Assembly (NCBI GenBank): GCA_036172245.1
Contig: JAYWIR010000016.1
Location: 1,426,001 to 1,490,000 of the forward strand
DNA: 64,000 bases
DNA from: Raillietiella orientalis
Lineage: Eukaryota
Reading direction: 5' to 3'
In this document: positions 63,141-64,000 of the stretch, piece after piece
Position numbering within the stretch: the first letter of the stretch is position 1
Layout of the letters: each line of letters opens with the position of its first letter
Notes under the pieces: generated by a model
What the model was told of the DNA's origin: nothing
Database searches by the model: none
What the model saw: only the letters and a program-made list of their open reading frames with translations
Translations under genes and position numbers: made by a program

Positions 63141-64000
63141 CTAATAGTTGCTCAGGTAGGTAAAACAAACCTCGAGTATGTATTACGACCAGAAAGGAAA
63201 TCAGGAATACATTTGACAGATATTTAAGATAGCTACAAGTCCCAAGGCTCTCCAAATGAAATGTTGTAAACCAGGTGTGCCAAACTCATTTCAACCACGG
63301 GCCATTTCATGCGACTCAAGAGCGGACCACATCACATTTACAAAAGCTTCTTAAAATTATATTTTGAAGTGAGGATTCAGGAATATCAATAGGATAATTA
63401 AAACACATTATGCAATGAAGTGAATTTAGTGTAATAATACATAATTGCTATATTAATGCTTTTATTTAAACATTTATTTGATTTGATGTATTTATAAAAC
63501 GAAATTTCATTTTTTTTACCAGAAACTTGCCAGTGTTTCCCTCCTACTAGTTTTTCAAGATTTGGATTCAAAGACTAAGAACAAACAATCTTCACTGTGG
63601 CAGACAGATGTCTATCAGTTAATCTTGATCTGCAAGCCGTTTTACTCAATTTCATGCACGAGATTTCATGCACTCAGACAAGTGCGTACTCCCAAAATAG
63701 CGCAAAATTTGTGCGGCAAACTTTTTCATTTCCGGGTGTTTTTCACCTATATAAGAATATATTTTGGAAACTCCTACTTCCCCTTCCTACTTTCGGAAAA
63801 TTACAAGATGAATCTGGATATTCATCTTGTAATTATCCTGTTAGTCTTGACACGAATCCTTTCGTTTCACCCGTCATCGATTGGGCGCCGTCAGCTGTTG
63901 TCACGGAAACGAGCCATTTTTCTAAAATGCTCCATACGGCACCAAAAGTATCTTCACCAGTTGTGGTTCCGTGAGGAGGATTCAAATTTCCTGCAATTCT

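Noticed and set aside
1..64000. CRISPR arrays, rRNA, prokaryotic operons or defence systems
   Set aside because: The window is spliceosomal-intron-containing animal DNA. I saw no regularly spaced repeat-spacer array or rRNA-like sequence.

Overview
Eukaryotic (metazoan) genomic DNA, most likely a non-dipteran arthropod; this is inferred from the gene set and protein similarity, and the species cannot be determined. Six intron-containing host genes can be reconstructed by hand: CEP95 (-), an Amun/CG2446-like HhH protein (+), CPPED1 (-), RAD21 (-), nudE/NDE1 (-) and FBXO9 (-). Five of them are compact and CpG-poor, with many introns of only 39-50 nt. Between RAD21 and nudE lies a ~27 kb GC- and CpG-rich block of decayed L1/Tx1-clade retrotransposon ORF2 fragments. 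All fragments I could orient there are on the + strand, while almost all old L1 relics outside the block are on the - strand. One dead member of the block (3' end at 36277) has a ~99% identical, 5'-truncated copy at 224-1376. That copy is flanked by a 7-bp target-site duplication, is inserted into an older L1 relic, and ends in a small stem-loop instead of poly(A). Also present are a tRNA-like element, a pseudogenised NeSL/Utopia-type RLE endonuclease fragment, microsatellites, AT-rich islands and several long imperfect hairpins. All calls come from manual reading and remembered family motifs; no searches were run, and boundaries of decayed elements are approximate.
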